DNA from: Minisyncoccota bacterium
GTDB taxonomy: Bacteria > Patescibacteriota > Minisyncoccia > Phycocordibacterales > JABMNX01
Direction of reading: 5' to 3'
NCBI GenBank assembly: GCA_026195275.1
Contig: JAPHQU010000002.1
Location: 69,964-133,963, forward strand
DNA length: 64,000 bases
Each line of letters begins with the position of its first letter. Position 1 is the stretch's first letter. Below are positions 8,758 to 18,804 of the stretch, in pieces. The notes beneath the pieces are model-generated. The model saw only the letters and a program-made list of their open reading frames with translations, searched no databases and was not told where the DNA came from. Position numbers and translations under genes: made by a program.

Positions 8758-10506
8758 TTACTCTGGGTTGATCTCGGCTTTGAGGCGTGCTGTTAGATCT
8801 TCAACACTCATACTCCCCACCTTGCCTTCGTCGCGACTCTCAAGCGTGACCTCTTTTTTATCGACTTCTTGCTCACCAATGACGAGGAAGTATGGAACCT
8901 TCTCAAGCTTTGTATTGCGGATCTTTTTGCCGAGTGATTCAGATGAATCATCGAGTTCAAGTCGAATACCGCTTGCTTTCAGTTGTTCAGCAACCTCCTT
9001 TGCGTACGCGGTGTGGTTCTCGCTGATGGGGAGTATCTTTATCTGCACCGGTGAGAGCCAAAGCGGGAAGGCTCCGGCAAAATGCTCGATCATGATTGCC
9101 ATGAAGCGCTCAAGCGAGCCGGCAATGGCGCGGTGGATCATGACGGGCGTCTTTTTTTCGCCGTTCTCATCAACATATGAAAGTGTAAAGCGCTCCGGCA
9201 TGACAAAGTCGAGTTGTGCGGTTGCGAGTTGACGCTCTCTACCAAGTGCGTCAAAGAACATAAAGTCGAGTTTTGGTCCGTAGAACGCCGCCTCACCCTC
9301 GACACGTTTGTAGGGAAGGTCGAGTTGCTTCGCGATATCCTCAAGTACACTTTCTGCTTTGTCCCATCCCGCAGCATCACCGAGATACTTCTCAGGTTCA
9401 TCTGGGTCGCGGACTGAAAGCGAAACCCAGAACTTTCCTTCTTGGAACATGTCGAGACTCGTATAGAATTCTTTGATAACGTGGACGATATTCTCAACCT
9501 CTTGTCTGATTTGCTCAAACGTACAGAACACATGACCGTCATCCTGCGTGATACTGCGTACGCGTGAAAGCCCGAGGAGCTCGCCTTGTTGTTCGTCACG
9601 ATAGACCATGGTGGTCTCAGCGAAGCGGAGTGGCAGTTCTTTGTATGAGCGCGGGCGACTGTCGAATATCTGGGTGTGGTGCGGACAGTTCATTGGCTTC
9701 ATAACAAACTCAGTGTCGCTCTTGCCTCGTACTTTGAAGAGCTCATCGCCAAACTTGTCCCAGTGTCCGGAGGTTTTGTACAGGTCGCTCTTAGTGATGT
9801 GTGGGATTGATACCTTGGTGTAACCGAAACGTTCTTGAATTGACATGATCTTATCAACGATCAGGTCGCGCATAAGGGTACCGCGCGGTGTAAAGAGGGG
9901 GAGACCAGGGCCGACCAGGTCTGAGAAGGTAAAGAGGTCAAGCTCCTTGCCGAGTTTGCGGTGGTCGCGTGCTTTCGCTTCTTCTTGTTGTGCGAGGTAC
10001 GCATCAAGTGCTTCTTTGTTTTCAAACGCGAGTCCGTAGATACGTGTGAGCATGGGGTTTTTCTCGTCACCGCGCCAGTATGCTCCCGCTACGTGAGAGA
10101 GTGCGAAGCTCTCCAGGTCGACTTCGCTCGATGAAGCAACGTGCGGACCCTCACAAAGGTCGACAAATTCACCGATTGTATAGGTGGTGATGTTCTCTCC
10201 TTCTTTTGCAATCCCTTCGATAAGCTCGAGTTTGTACGGTTGGTCCTTGAATAGCTCGCGCGCTTCATCAACTGATACTTCCTGACACTCCGGCTCGAAT
10301 CCCTTCTTGAGGATCTTGTGCATTTCCTTCTCAAAGCTCTTGAGGTCGCCCTCGCCGGGAATCTTTCCCTTGGAGAATTCAAAATCATAATAAAAACCGT
10401 TCTCAATTGCAGGACCAATGGCAATCTTTACCTTGGGGTCGTGTGTTAAGACGGCTGCAGCGAGCACGTGGGCAAGAGTATGGCGGACGCTCTGTAGGTC
10501 TTTCAT
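8758..10506 (-). CDS. thrS: Threonine-tRNA ligase
   Basis: RHTLAH, DLCEGPH, GAYWRGD, RDHRKLG, KPMNCP, AAFYGPK, IHRAIAGSLERF. Confidence 0.97.
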   Translation of the reverse strand: MKDLQSVRHTLAHVLAAAVLTHDPKVKIAIGPAIENGFYYDFEFSKGKIPGEGDLKSFEKEMHKILKKGFEPECQEVSVDEARELFKDQPYKLELIEGIAKEGENITTYTIGEFVDLCEGPHVASSSEVDLESFALSHVAGAYWRGDEKNPMLTRIYGLAFENKEALDAYLAQQEEAKARDHRKLGKELDLFTFSDLVGPGLPLFTPRGTLMRDLIVDKIMSIQERFGYTKVSIPHITKSDLYKTSGHWDKFGDELFKVRGKSDTEFVMKPMNCPHHTQIFDSRPRSYKELPLRFAETTMVYRDEQQGELLGLSRVRSITQDDGHVFCTFEQIRQEVENIVHVIKEFYTSLDMFQEGKFWVSLSVRDPDEPEKYLGDAAGWDKAESVLEDIAKQLDLPYKRVEGEAAFYGPKLDFMFFDALGRERQLATAQLDFVMPERFTLSYVDENGEKKTPVMIHRAIAGSLERFMAIMIEHFAGAFPLWLSPVQIKILPISENHTAYAKEVAEQLKASGIRLELDDSSESLGKKIRNTKLEKVPYFLVIGEQEVDKKEVTLESRDEGKVGSMSVEDLTARLKAEINPE

Positions 10507-10570
10507 ATACGCTCAATCATAGCAGATTAGACACAGCAGACAAAGAATACCAGACAAGAACTCACAAATG

Positions 10571-13500
10571 TTAGGTATTCGTTCTTTGGAGCGGTTTGAC
10601 CGCTTCTGCAACAATGCTGACCTCACCATTCCGGTGTGACATCCGCCCCTTGAGCCCAATGCAACGCTCTGGCTGCAAGAGGTCTTTATGTTTTGCGAAC
10701 AGCTTAGGGAAGATTACACACTCTATACTGCCACTCAGGTCGGCGATCCGGAGGAATGCCATTTGGTCGCCTTTCTTGGTAAGGATAATCCGCGCATCCT
10801 CGATGATGCCGTAGATGACAATGGGCATTCCTTCCCGAACCTCCGCCCGTGCCTCTTTGATGGTGTATTTTTGTTTGTCGAGTATCTCCTTGAAAGTATC
10901 AAGTGGGTGCCCTGAGACATACAGTCCGAGAAGCTCCTTCTCCCATGCGAGCTTCTCTGCGGGGTCGATCGGCGGGGCGTCAGGGAGACGCAGCGTGTTA
11001 TGCGGCGCGCCTACCCCTGCGCCAAAAAGTGAGTCTTGCGCTGTGTGCATCTTTGCTGATTCTTTACTGTATTCGAGAAGCGCGTCGATGTTCTCAAGCA
11101 TGGTGCCGCGACGCTCAAATTGGTCGAGCGCGCCTGCTTTGATGAGCGACTCAAGTGACTTGCGGTTGAGGTTCTTGTTGTTTGTCCTCTCAAGAAAGTC
11201 TGCGAGCGATGCATACGGACCGTTTTCTTTTCGCTCTCGGATAATACTCCTCGCGATTCCTTCGCCAAAATTCTTGATCGATGATAGACCGAACCGTATC
11301 TGCGACTTTGTATGGTCCTCTCGGTTGGGTACGACAGAGAAATCACTGAAGCTCTCGTTGATATCCGGTGGCAGAACCTCAATTCCCATCTGTGCACATC
11401 CGGCAATCGTCTCGGCAACCTTCTCCACATCTCCCGAATCAGCAGTCAGCACAGCTGAGAGGTACTCGACCGGGTAGTGTGCTTTCATGTACGCGGTCTG
11501 GTATGCAACTTTGCCGTAACTTGCGGCATGCGCCTTGTTGAAACCATACCCCTGGAACGGCTCAAAGAGCTTCCAGAGCTTCTCGGCAAACTCCTTCGTC
11601 TGGCCATGTTCGACAATTCCTTTGGTGAGCTTCTCTTTCTGAGCGGCCATCTCCTCCGGAATCTTCTTTCCAATCGCTTTGCGGAACTTATCGGCCTCAA
11701 GCCAGGAGTAGCCGGCGAGCTTGATCGAAGAGAGAAGCACGTCCTCTTGGTAGACGATCACCCCGAGTGACTCTTTGAGATATTCTTCCATACGCGGGTC
11801 GGGGTAGGAAATACGTGCGGGGTTTCGTTTGCGCTCGATGTACTCGGGGATGTTGTCCATTGGCCCCGGGCGATAGAGGGCGACCATCGCGTTGATATCA
11901 TAAATACTGGTTGGCTTGAGCTCCTTGAGGAAGTGGGTCATGCCTGAGCCGTTTAGTTGGAAGACGCCCATGGTCTCGCCGCGCGCGAGCATTTCGAATG
12001 TTTTTGTGTCATCAAGAGGGATGTTCTCAATGTCTATCTTCTCGCCATGAATCGCCTCTACTCGCTCGATTGCGTCAGCGAGAATTGCGAGGTTGGTGAT
12101 GCCGAGGAAGTCGAACTTTAAAAGTCCGATGCCGTCTTCGCCGACCGCGTGCATATCGTACTGGGTCACGAGCTTACCACTTCCTTTCGGGTCATACTGA
12201 AGCGGTACATATTCGGTAAGTGGCTTCGGCGCGATCACCACACCGGCGGCGTGGATACCCATGTGGCGCGCGCGCCCCTCAATCTTCTTCGCAAGATCAA
12301 TAACCTCTTTTACCTCGGTTTCCTTTTTATAAAGCTCAGCAAGCTCCGGCGTCATCTCAAGCGCTTTATCGATCGTCATGGGGAAGCCTTGTGAACCAAA
12401 GGGGATGAGCTTCGCGATGCGATCGCCAAGCGAGTAGGGGTGCCCGAGGGCGCGCGCGACATCGCGCACCACGCCGCGGGCGAGCATGGTACCGAAGGTG
12501 CCGATTTGTGCCACTTTGTCCTCGCCGTACTTCTCGCGCGCGTACTGGATCATCTCATCGCGCCGGTTGTCGGCGTAGTCCATGTCGATATCCGGTGCTG
12601 ACGGTCGCTCCGGATTCAAGAATCGCTCAAACGGGATTTTGTACGCAACCGGGTCCACGTTGGTGACGCCGAGTACATAGGTGGTGAGTGAGCCCGCGAC
12701 TGACCCACGAATGGTGGTGAGGATCCCTCTGCGGTGCGCCTCTTTGAGCAGGTCGGCAACAACGAGGAAATAAGTGGCGTAGCCTTTTTGTTTGATGACA
12801 CCAAGCTCGTAGTCGAGCCGCTCCCTGATTTCCGGGTCTTCAAGTGAGAGTCCGCGGCGCTCTACACCCTCGTACGCCACGTGTTTGAGTTCATCATCCG
12901 GTTCACGCCCACTCTCAATAATGAAGTTTGGGAATTGCCACTCCATCTCGATCTCCAGGTTGCACGCGTCAGCTATCTTTTGTGTATTCTCAAGTGCTTC
13001 CGGATAGTCTTTGAAATACTCGCGTGCGGTCTCCTGCGATATGAATGAGAAGTCCTCATCTTTTTCTTCCTCATATGCGTTCACCTCAGACCCGGTCTGG
13101 ATCTTGATCATGGTCTCGCGGGCGAGTCGATCTTCTTTGTCGAGGTAGTAAACATCGTGCGCGGCAACGAGCGGCACCTGAGAGCCTTTTGCAAGCTCGA
13201 CAATCTGCTGCATGAGGTCTTGGTGTCCGGCGATCTCAGGGTGGTGCGTGAGTTCGAGGTACAGGTCGTCTCCGAATACACTTTTGTACCACTTGAGCTT
13301 CTCGCGCGCCTTATCCGGATCATTCCCCTTGTATGCAAGAGAGACTTCGCTTGAGAAGGAGGGGAGAATGGCAATGAGCCCGTCTTTGTGCTTCTCGATG
13401 AGCGCATGGTCGATGCGTGGTTTGTAGTAGAAACCTTCGAGGTGTGCGGCGGTTACGAGCTGTATGAGGTTCTTGTAGCCGGTTTGGTCTTTTGCGAGTA

Positions 13501-13780
13501 GTACGAGCCGCGACCAGCGATTGTCAATGCGCGGCTCTTTGTCGTCTTTGGTGCGCACCGCGACGAACGCATCAATCCCAATGATTGGTTTAATACCTTC
13601 TTTCCGACATTTTTGGTAGAACTCAACTGCGCCGTAGAGGTTGCTATTGTCGGTGAGTGCGAGTGCCCCCATACCCTCTTCTTTCGCCCGCTTGATGAGC
13701 TCAGGAACCTTCGGAAGCGCTTGAAGAAGGGAATAGTGGCTGTGGGTATGAAGATGCAAAAACGGTCTCTCTGATACCAT
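10571..13780 (-). CDS. dnaE: DNA polymerase III alpha subunit
   Basis: PHP domain HLHTHSHYSLL, FERFLNPER, PDIDMD, HAAGVVI, KFDFLG, GFNKAH, C-terminal OB fold. Confidence 0.97.
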   Translation of the reverse strand: MVSERPFLHLHTHSHYSLLQALPKVPELIKRAKEEGMGALALTDNSNLYGAVEFYQKCRKEGIKPIIGIDAFVAVRTKDDKEPRIDNRWSRLVLLAKDQTGYKNLIQLVTAAHLEGFYYKPRIDHALIEKHKDGLIAILPSFSSEVSLAYKGNDPDKAREKLKWYKSVFGDDLYLELTHHPEIAGHQDLMQQIVELAKGSQVPLVAAHDVYYLDKEDRLARETMIKIQTGSEVNAYEEEKDEDFSFISQETAREYFKDYPEALENTQKIADACNLEIEMEWQFPNFIIESGREPDDELKHVAYEGVERRGLSLEDPEIRERLDYELGVIKQKGYATYFLVVADLLKEAHRRGILTTIRGSVAGSLTTYVLGVTNVDPVAYKIPFERFLNPERPSAPDIDMDYADNRRDEMIQYAREKYGEDKVAQIGTFGTMLARGVVRDVARALGHPYSLGDRIAKLIPFGSQGFPMTIDKALEMTPELAELYKKETEVKEVIDLAKKIEGRARHMGIHAAGVVIAPKPLTEYVPLQYDPKGSGKLVTQYDMHAVGEDGIGLLKFDFLGITNLAILADAIERVEAIHGEKIDIENIPLDDTKTFEMLARGETMGVFQLNGSGMTHFLKELKPTSIYDINAMVALYRPGPMDNIPEYIERKRNPARISYPDPRMEEYLKESLGVIVYQEDVLLSSIKLAGYSWLEADKFRKAIGKKIPEEMAAQKEKLTKGIVEHGQTKEFAEKLWKLFEPFQGYGFNKAHAASYGKVAYQTAYMKAHYPVEYLSAVLTADSGDVEKVAETIAGCAQMGIEVLPPDINESFSDFSVVPNREDHTKSQIRFGLSSIKNFGEGIARSIIRERKENGPYASLADFLERTNNKNLNRKSLESLIKAGALDQFERRGTMLENIDALLEYSKESAKMHTAQDSLFGAGVGAPHNTLRLPDAPPIDPAEKLAWEKELLGLYVSGHPLDTFKEILDKQKYTIKEARAEVREGMPIVIYGIIEDARIILTKKGDQMAFLRIADLSGSIECVIFPKLFAKHKDLLQPERCIGLKGRMSHRNGEVSIVAEAVKPLQRTNT

Positions 13781-13834
13781 GATAGACTTAGTATACCACT
13801 CGCGGCAGATGAGGCGCCCTGAGGAAAACTCCTT

Positions 13835-14413
13835 ATGAAAAAGGTCAAGTATATTATCGGAATCGACGAAGTGGGGCGTGGGCCGGTCGCAGGGCCGGTT
13901 TCAGTTGGTGCCGTGTTGCTCTCACGCGAGTCATCATGGCAGGACTTCGATGGGCTTCGTGACTCCAAGAAGCTTACTGAAAAAAAACGAGAAGGATGGT
14001 TTACCGAAATAAAGGAGTCAGGTGTCATTTATGCGGTCTCCTCGGTGGGTGAGCAGGTAATCGATGAAAGAGGGATTGCGTATGCAATCAGACTTGCGCT
14101 TTCCCGCTCGCTTAAAAAGCTCAGTGTCGACCCGGGGGAATGTCTCGTGCTTCTCGACGGGGGGCTTAAGGCACCGGAGGAGTATGTGAACCAACAGACC
14201 ATCATTAAAGGGGATGAGAAAGAACACGTAATTGCGCTTGCCTCGATTGTTGCCAAGGTCACCCGTGATCGCTACATGACACACATGGGGAAGCGTCATC
14301 CTGAGTATTGTTTTGAGCAGCATAAAGGATACGGCACGAAACGTCACTATGAGGCGATAGAGGAGCACGGACTGTGCCCGCTGCATCGGCGCAGCTTCTT
14401 AAGAGGTTTCTAG
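13835..14413 (+). CDS. rnhB: Ribonuclease HII
   Basis: GIDEVGRGPVAGP, DSKKL, IKGD, ASIVAKVTRD, HKGYGT, HRRSF. Confidence 0.96.
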   Translation: MKKVKYIIGIDEVGRGPVAGPVSVGAVLLSRESSWQDFDGLRDSKKLTEKKREGWFTEIKESGVIYAVSSVGEQVIDERGIAYAIRLALSRSLKKLSVDPGECLVLLDGGLKAPEEYVNQQTIIKGDEKEHVIALASIVAKVTRDRYMTHMGKRHPEYCFEQHKGYGTKRHYEAIEEHGLCPLHRRSFLRGF

Positions 14414-14512
14414 TCGCCGGTTGGCGCTCATCGTCCTTAACCACCTAGCGTCTAAAACCTAACGCTTCACGACATCTTGCGATTCGTAAGATATCATGTA
14501 TAATCTCGTCAT

Positions 14513-14794
14513 ATGGGAGCACGGATGCGACTTACACGATCAAAAACCGGCAGCCGCCGGAGTAACCACGGGCTTGTTGAGCCGCGTGTTTCGACGTGTC
14601 CGAACTGTCAGGCACCACAGCTTCGTCACCGGGCGTGCACAGAGTGTGGTCAGTACCGCGGTCGTGTTGTCCTCGACGTCGCTCGAAAGGCCGAGAAGAA
14701 AGCCGTAAAGGCCGAGGCACGACAGCGGGAGATGGGGGAGGCAACACCCGAGAGAGAGGGTGATACAAAGACTCCGGAGGAATCTTCAAAGTAA
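14513..14794 (+). CDS. rpmF: 50S ribosomal protein L32 with C-terminal extension
   Basis: CPNC...HRACTECGQYRG zinc ribbon; lies upstream of nusB and rnc. Confidence 0.9.
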   Translation: MGARMRLTRSKTGSRRSNHGLVEPRVSTCPNCQAPQLRHRACTECGQYRGRVVLDVARKAEKKAVKAEARQREMGEATPEREGDTKTPEESSK

Positions 14795-14839
14795 ACGCAG
14801 GGCGTTTAGCTGGGGAGGTTCCACACATTTGTTTTAGAT

Positions 14840-15769
14840 ATGGCAAATAGGCACCTTTCAAGAAGTATTGTTCTTCAAACTCTATTCGAGGTTGATTTTG
14901 ATGATGTGGCAGGAAAAGGTGTGGATATCGATGAGGCGCTCGCTCGAAACACGGACGAATTTGCTCCGGGTTCGAGCGATATTTCGTTTATGAAGCGACT
15001 CCTTGATACTGTGGTCTCAAAACGCAAGGAACTCGACGATATTATTGTAAAAGCAGCACCCGAGTGGCCAATTGAGAAGATATCGGTAGTTGATCGCAAT
15101 GTGCTGAGGATGGGGTTGGCAGAGCTTCTCTTTGCGGATCGCGCAGAAGTGCCGGCGAAAGTTGCGATCAATGAGGCAATCGAACTCGCCAAGACCTTTG
15201 GTGGAGAGAGTAGTGGCCGGTTCGTGAACGGAGTTCTTGGTGCAGTGTATAAAGAGCTTGGCGAGCCGGGCAAACACGAGACCTCAAAGAAGAAAAAGAA
15301 GAAAGAGGTACCGTATGAGGACATGCCAATCGAGCGTCTTGGTGGCGCGGTGGTGTATGCGCGCGAAGGTGAAGAGGTATACCTCGCACTCGTGCATGAC
15401 GTCTTCGGACACTGGACGCTCACCAAAGGGCATGTTGAGGAAGACGAGGAGATCAAGGATGGGATTAAGCGTAGTGTGAAGGAAGAACTCGGTATTGAGG
15501 TATCGACTGAGAAAAAACTCGGCACCAATGAGTATGTCGCGACACATCCAGAGAACGGCAAGGTCCGCAAGCAGGTGATCTACTACCTCGCCAAGGCGCC
15601 GTTTGATGATCTTATGCTTCCTGAGAACAAAGGTGGGTTGGACGACGCGAAGTGGTTCAAACTCTCGAATATCCTTGACCTCAATTTCTACGATGATATC
15701 CTCCCAATAATCACGTCCGCAATCAATTTGCTCGTGAAGAATGATGAACCGAAAGAGGCAGAAGAGTAA
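14840..15769 (+). CDS. nusB: NusB antitermination factor fused to a C-terminal NUDIX domain
   Basis: DRNVLR, VAINEAIELAKTFG, FVNGVLG; C-terminal WTLTKGHVEEDE...KEELGI Nudix-box-like motif. Confidence 0.9.
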   Translation: MANRHLSRSIVLQTLFEVDFDDVAGKGVDIDEALARNTDEFAPGSSDISFMKRLLDTVVSKRKELDDIIVKAAPEWPIEKISVVDRNVLRMGLAELLFADRAEVPAKVAINEAIELAKTFGGESSGRFVNGVLGAVYKELGEPGKHETSKKKKKKEVPYEDMPIERLGGAVVYAREGEEVYLALVHDVFGHWTLTKGHVEEDEEIKDGIKRSVKEELGIEVSTEKKLGTNEYVATHPENGKVRKQVIYYLAKAPFDDLMLPENKGGLDDAKWFKLSNILDLNFYDDILPIITSAINLLVKNDEPKEAEE

Positions 15770-15777
15770 TACTGAAT

Positions 15778-16470
15778 ATGGAAAAAGATATACACAAATT
15801 TGAAACGGCACTTGGCGTTTCTTTCAATGACATCGGCTTGCTTAAGCAAGCGTTTATTCACCGTTCATATATCAATGAGCACAAAGAGAGTGGTCTTGAA
15901 CACAACGAGCGACTCGAGTTTCTTGGGGATGCGGTTCTTGAGCTCGTGGTGACTGATTTTCTCTATAAGAAGTACCCCAAGAAGACCGAAGGCGAGCTTA
16001 CTGCGTATCGCGCGGCACTCGTTAATACAGGTTCGCTCTCAGCGGCATCAGATAAGCTTGGAGTGAATGAATACCTCTGTCTCTCAAAAGGAGAGGCGCA
16101 GGACACCGGGCGAGCGCGTCAGTATATTCTCGCAAACACTTTTGAAGCGATTGCGGGCGCGCTTTACCTCGATCAGGGCTACGAAGCGGCGCAGAAGTTT
16201 ATTGACGACAACCTCTTTCATCTCACTGAAGATATCGTCGAGAAGGGTCTCTGGCAAGACGCAAAAAGTCGCTTTCAAGAGCAGGCACAGGAGCACGCTG
16301 GTATTACCCCGCGCTACGAGCTTGTTGAAGAGCGTGGACCAGATCATGATAAGACATTTGTGATCGGTGTTTATCTCGACAAAGCGCAGATTGCGACTGG
16401 TAAAGGGCTCTCAAAACAAGAGGCAGAGCAGGATGCGGCACAAGCAGCACTTGAACTCAAGGGGTGGTAA
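15778..16470 (+). CDS. rnc: Ribonuclease III
   Basis: HRSY, NERLEFLGDAVL, FEAIAGALYLDQG, dsRBD GPDHDKTF...SKQEAEQ. Confidence 0.97.
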   Translation: MEKDIHKFETALGVSFNDIGLLKQAFIHRSYINEHKESGLEHNERLEFLGDAVLELVVTDFLYKKYPKKTEGELTAYRAALVNTGSLSAASDKLGVNEYLCLSKGEAQDTGRARQYILANTFEAIAGALYLDQGYEAAQKFIDDNLFHLTEDIVEKGLWQDAKSRFQEQAQEHAGITPRYELVEERGPDHDKTFVIGVYLDKAQIATGKGLSKQEAEQDAAQAALELKGW

Positions 16471-16479
16471 TTGTGAGCA

Positions 16480-16515
16480 AAAACCCCGGCGCGCCTTTAG
16501 GCGCGCCGGGGTTTT
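16480..16515 (+). terminator. Intrinsic terminator
   Basis: AAAACCCCGGCGCGCC-TTTA-GGCGCGCCGGGGTTTT. Confidence 0.85.
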
Positions 16516-16538
16516 CTTTGATATAATAGGGCGTATCT

Positions 16539-18755
16539 ATGTACTTGAAATCACTCGAACTCTCCGGATTCAAATCTTTTGCGAAGAAGAGCGAGCTTAC
16601 GTTTGCCTCAGCAATCACCGCTATTGTGGGCCCCAATGGCTCGGGAAAGTCGAACGTCGCCGAAGCGTTCCGTTTTGTGCTCGGCGAGCAGTCGCTTAAG
16701 TCGATGCGTACCAAGCGTGGCGAAGACCTTATCTGGGGTGGCTCACACACCCAGTCGCGCGGGAATCGCGCATCCGCAAGAGTGTCTTTTGACAATACCT
16801 CACGGCTCTTTGATATCGATTTTGACGAAGTGACCATTGAGCGTATTGTGCACCGCGACGGAGTGAATCAGTACCTCATCAACGGAAGCTCCGTGCGACT
16901 CAAGGATGTCGCTGAACTGCTTGCAAGTGCAAATATCGGCTCGTCCGGGCACCATATCATCTCGCAGGGCGAGGCTGATCGGCTTCTCTCGGCGAGTATC
17001 AAAGAGCGTCGCGAGATGATTGAGGATGCGCTCGGGCTCAAGATCTTTCAATACAAGAAAAAGGAGAGCGAGAAGAAGCTTGAGCAGACGGAAGAAAATA
17101 TCAACCAGGTTATGAGTTTGCGTAAGGAGATCGCGCCGCATCTCCGCTTCCTTAAACGACAGGTCGAGAAGATTGAGCGCTCAAAGCAGATGCGCGAAGA
17201 ACTCACCGAGCTTTTGCGCGACTATCTCAGGCGTGAAGAGTTTTATATTACAAGCAAGAAAGCGGATATCGCGGTACGAGCGGCTGAGCCGCGCGAGAAG
17301 CTCGCACGACTCAATGCCGAGCTTGCCGAAGCCCGTGCAACACTGGAGAAGGTTTCAGAAGAAGACGCTCGTGGCAAAGAGGTGCTCGAGGTGGAGCAGA
17401 AGCTCAGGGAGACCCGCAAAGAGCGCGACGAGCTTGCTCGGAGAGTGGGGCGGCTCGAGGGCCAGATCTCATACGCGGAGAAACATGTGCAGCGTACGGC
17501 CGACAGTGTTGTCAAACTGTCTGCAGTAAAGATGCTCGCTGACGATATCGAACGTGAGGTTGCTGATGCAATGACGCTCGATTCGCTTGACCGAGTAAAG
17601 AGTGGGCTTGAGAAGGTTCGCTCGCTTGTCGTCTCATTTTTCAATACACACAAAGAACAAGAAGGAGTCGAAGATGGCCATGGAGATATTGAAGCGCTCC
17701 GCAAAGAAAAAGATGAGCTTGACGGTAAACTCAAGGAAGCAGAAACAAAGGAGGCCGAGCTCAGGGAGACATACAAAAAGCTCCAAGAGGAGCTTGATGA
17801 GAGCAGGGAAGAGGGGCGTGATGCTGAGCGTGCGGTCTTCCGTATTACAACCGAGAAGAACACGGTTGAGGGTACATTGCGTGACCTGGCGCGTGACGAA
17901 GAGGTCCTCAAGCAGCAGGAAGCAGAGTTTAATCGTGATGTGGAAGAAGGGGCAGTACTCGGCGGAAGGCTTGTCCTTGGCTATGCGGATATTACGCTTA
18001 ACGAAGACGCGGCACGCGCTGAGGCGCGGAGCTCTCAAGAGGAGCGGAAGCGGGAGGTTGAGCGCTTGAAGATTCGTGTTGAGGAAGCCGGGGGCGGCTC
18101 AAGCGACGAGGTGCTCAAGGAGTACCAAGAGGCGAGCGAGCGCGACGAGTTTCTTGAGCGCGAGGTGCGCGACCTCGAGACATCGAGTGAGTCACTCAAG
18201 CGCGTCATTGCCGACCTTGATGAGCAGTTGGCGGTGAAGTTTCGAGAGGGGATTGTTAAAATCAACAAGGAGTTCCAGCACTTCTTTGAACTTCTTTTTG
18301 ATGGCGGCTCGGCGAAGCTTACGGTGCTTGAACAGAAGAAGCGTGTGAAGAACAATATGCTTCTTACGGGAGATTTGGGAGAGGAAGAAGCCGAGATAGA
18401 AGCCGGTATTGATATTGGTGTCTCGCTTCCACGCAAGAAAGTGAAGGGACTCCAGATGCTCTCCGGTGGTGAGCGTGCACTTACCTCAATCGCGCTTCTC
18501 TTTGCAATGAGCCAGGTGAACCCACCGCCATTTTTGATACTCGATGAGACCGAAGCGGCGCTCGATGAGGCTAACTCGCGTAAGTATGGCGAGATGATTA
18601 AAGAGCTTGCGAAGAAGACGCAGCTTATCCTTATTACCCACAATCGTGAGACGATGTCAGTCGCCGGTATCCTCTACGGGATCACTATGGGGTCAGACGG
18701 CATCTCAAAACTTCTCTCGGTCAAATTCGACGAAGCAGTGCAGGTAGCGAAATAG
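16539..18755 (+). CDS. smc: SMC-family ATPase, short (738 aa)
   Basis: GFKSFA, Walker A GPNGSGKS, IISQG, LSGGE signature, LDETEAALD, ITHN; central coiled coil. Confidence 0.88.
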   Translation: MYLKSLELSGFKSFAKKSELTFASAITAIVGPNGSGKSNVAEAFRFVLGEQSLKSMRTKRGEDLIWGGSHTQSRGNRASARVSFDNTSRLFDIDFDEVTIERIVHRDGVNQYLINGSSVRLKDVAELLASANIGSSGHHIISQGEADRLLSASIKERREMIEDALGLKIFQYKKKESEKKLEQTEENINQVMSLRKEIAPHLRFLKRQVEKIERSKQMREELTELLRDYLRREEFYITSKKADIAVRAAEPREKLARLNAELAEARATLEKVSEEDARGKEVLEVEQKLRETRKERDELARRVGRLEGQISYAEKHVQRTADSVVKLSAVKMLADDIEREVADAMTLDSLDRVKSGLEKVRSLVVSFFNTHKEQEGVEDGHGDIEALRKEKDELDGKLKEAETKEAELRETYKKLQEELDESREEGRDAERAVFRITTEKNTVEGTLRDLARDEEVLKQQEAEFNRDVEEGAVLGGRLVLGYADITLNEDAARAEARSSQEERKREVERLKIRVEEAGGGSSDEVLKEYQEASERDEFLEREVRDLETSSESLKRVIADLDEQLAVKFREGIVKINKEFQHFFELLFDGGSAKLTVLEQKKRVKNNMLLTGDLGEEEAEIEAGIDIGVSLPRKKVKGLQMLSGGERALTSIALLFAMSQVNPPPFLILDETEAALDEANSRKYGEMIKELAKKTQLILITHNRETMSVAGILYGITMGSDGISKLLSVKFDEAVQVAK

Positions 18756-18762
18756 TACAAAA

Positions 18763-18792
18763 ATAAACGCCACACACATGTGTGGCGTTTAT
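18763..18792. terminator. Bidirectional terminator of the ATAAACGCCA family
   Basis: ATAAACGCCACACA-CA-TGTGTGGCGTTTAT between convergent smc and rnr. Confidence 0.8.
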
Positions 18793-18804
18793 CTTCGTAT
18801 CCTT

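Noticed and set aside
10815-18643. Long antisense ORFs such as 10815-11477, 14875-15570, 17243-17911 and 18035-18643
   Set aside because: Shadows of well-supported genes on the opposite strand, Ser-rich and without motifs.
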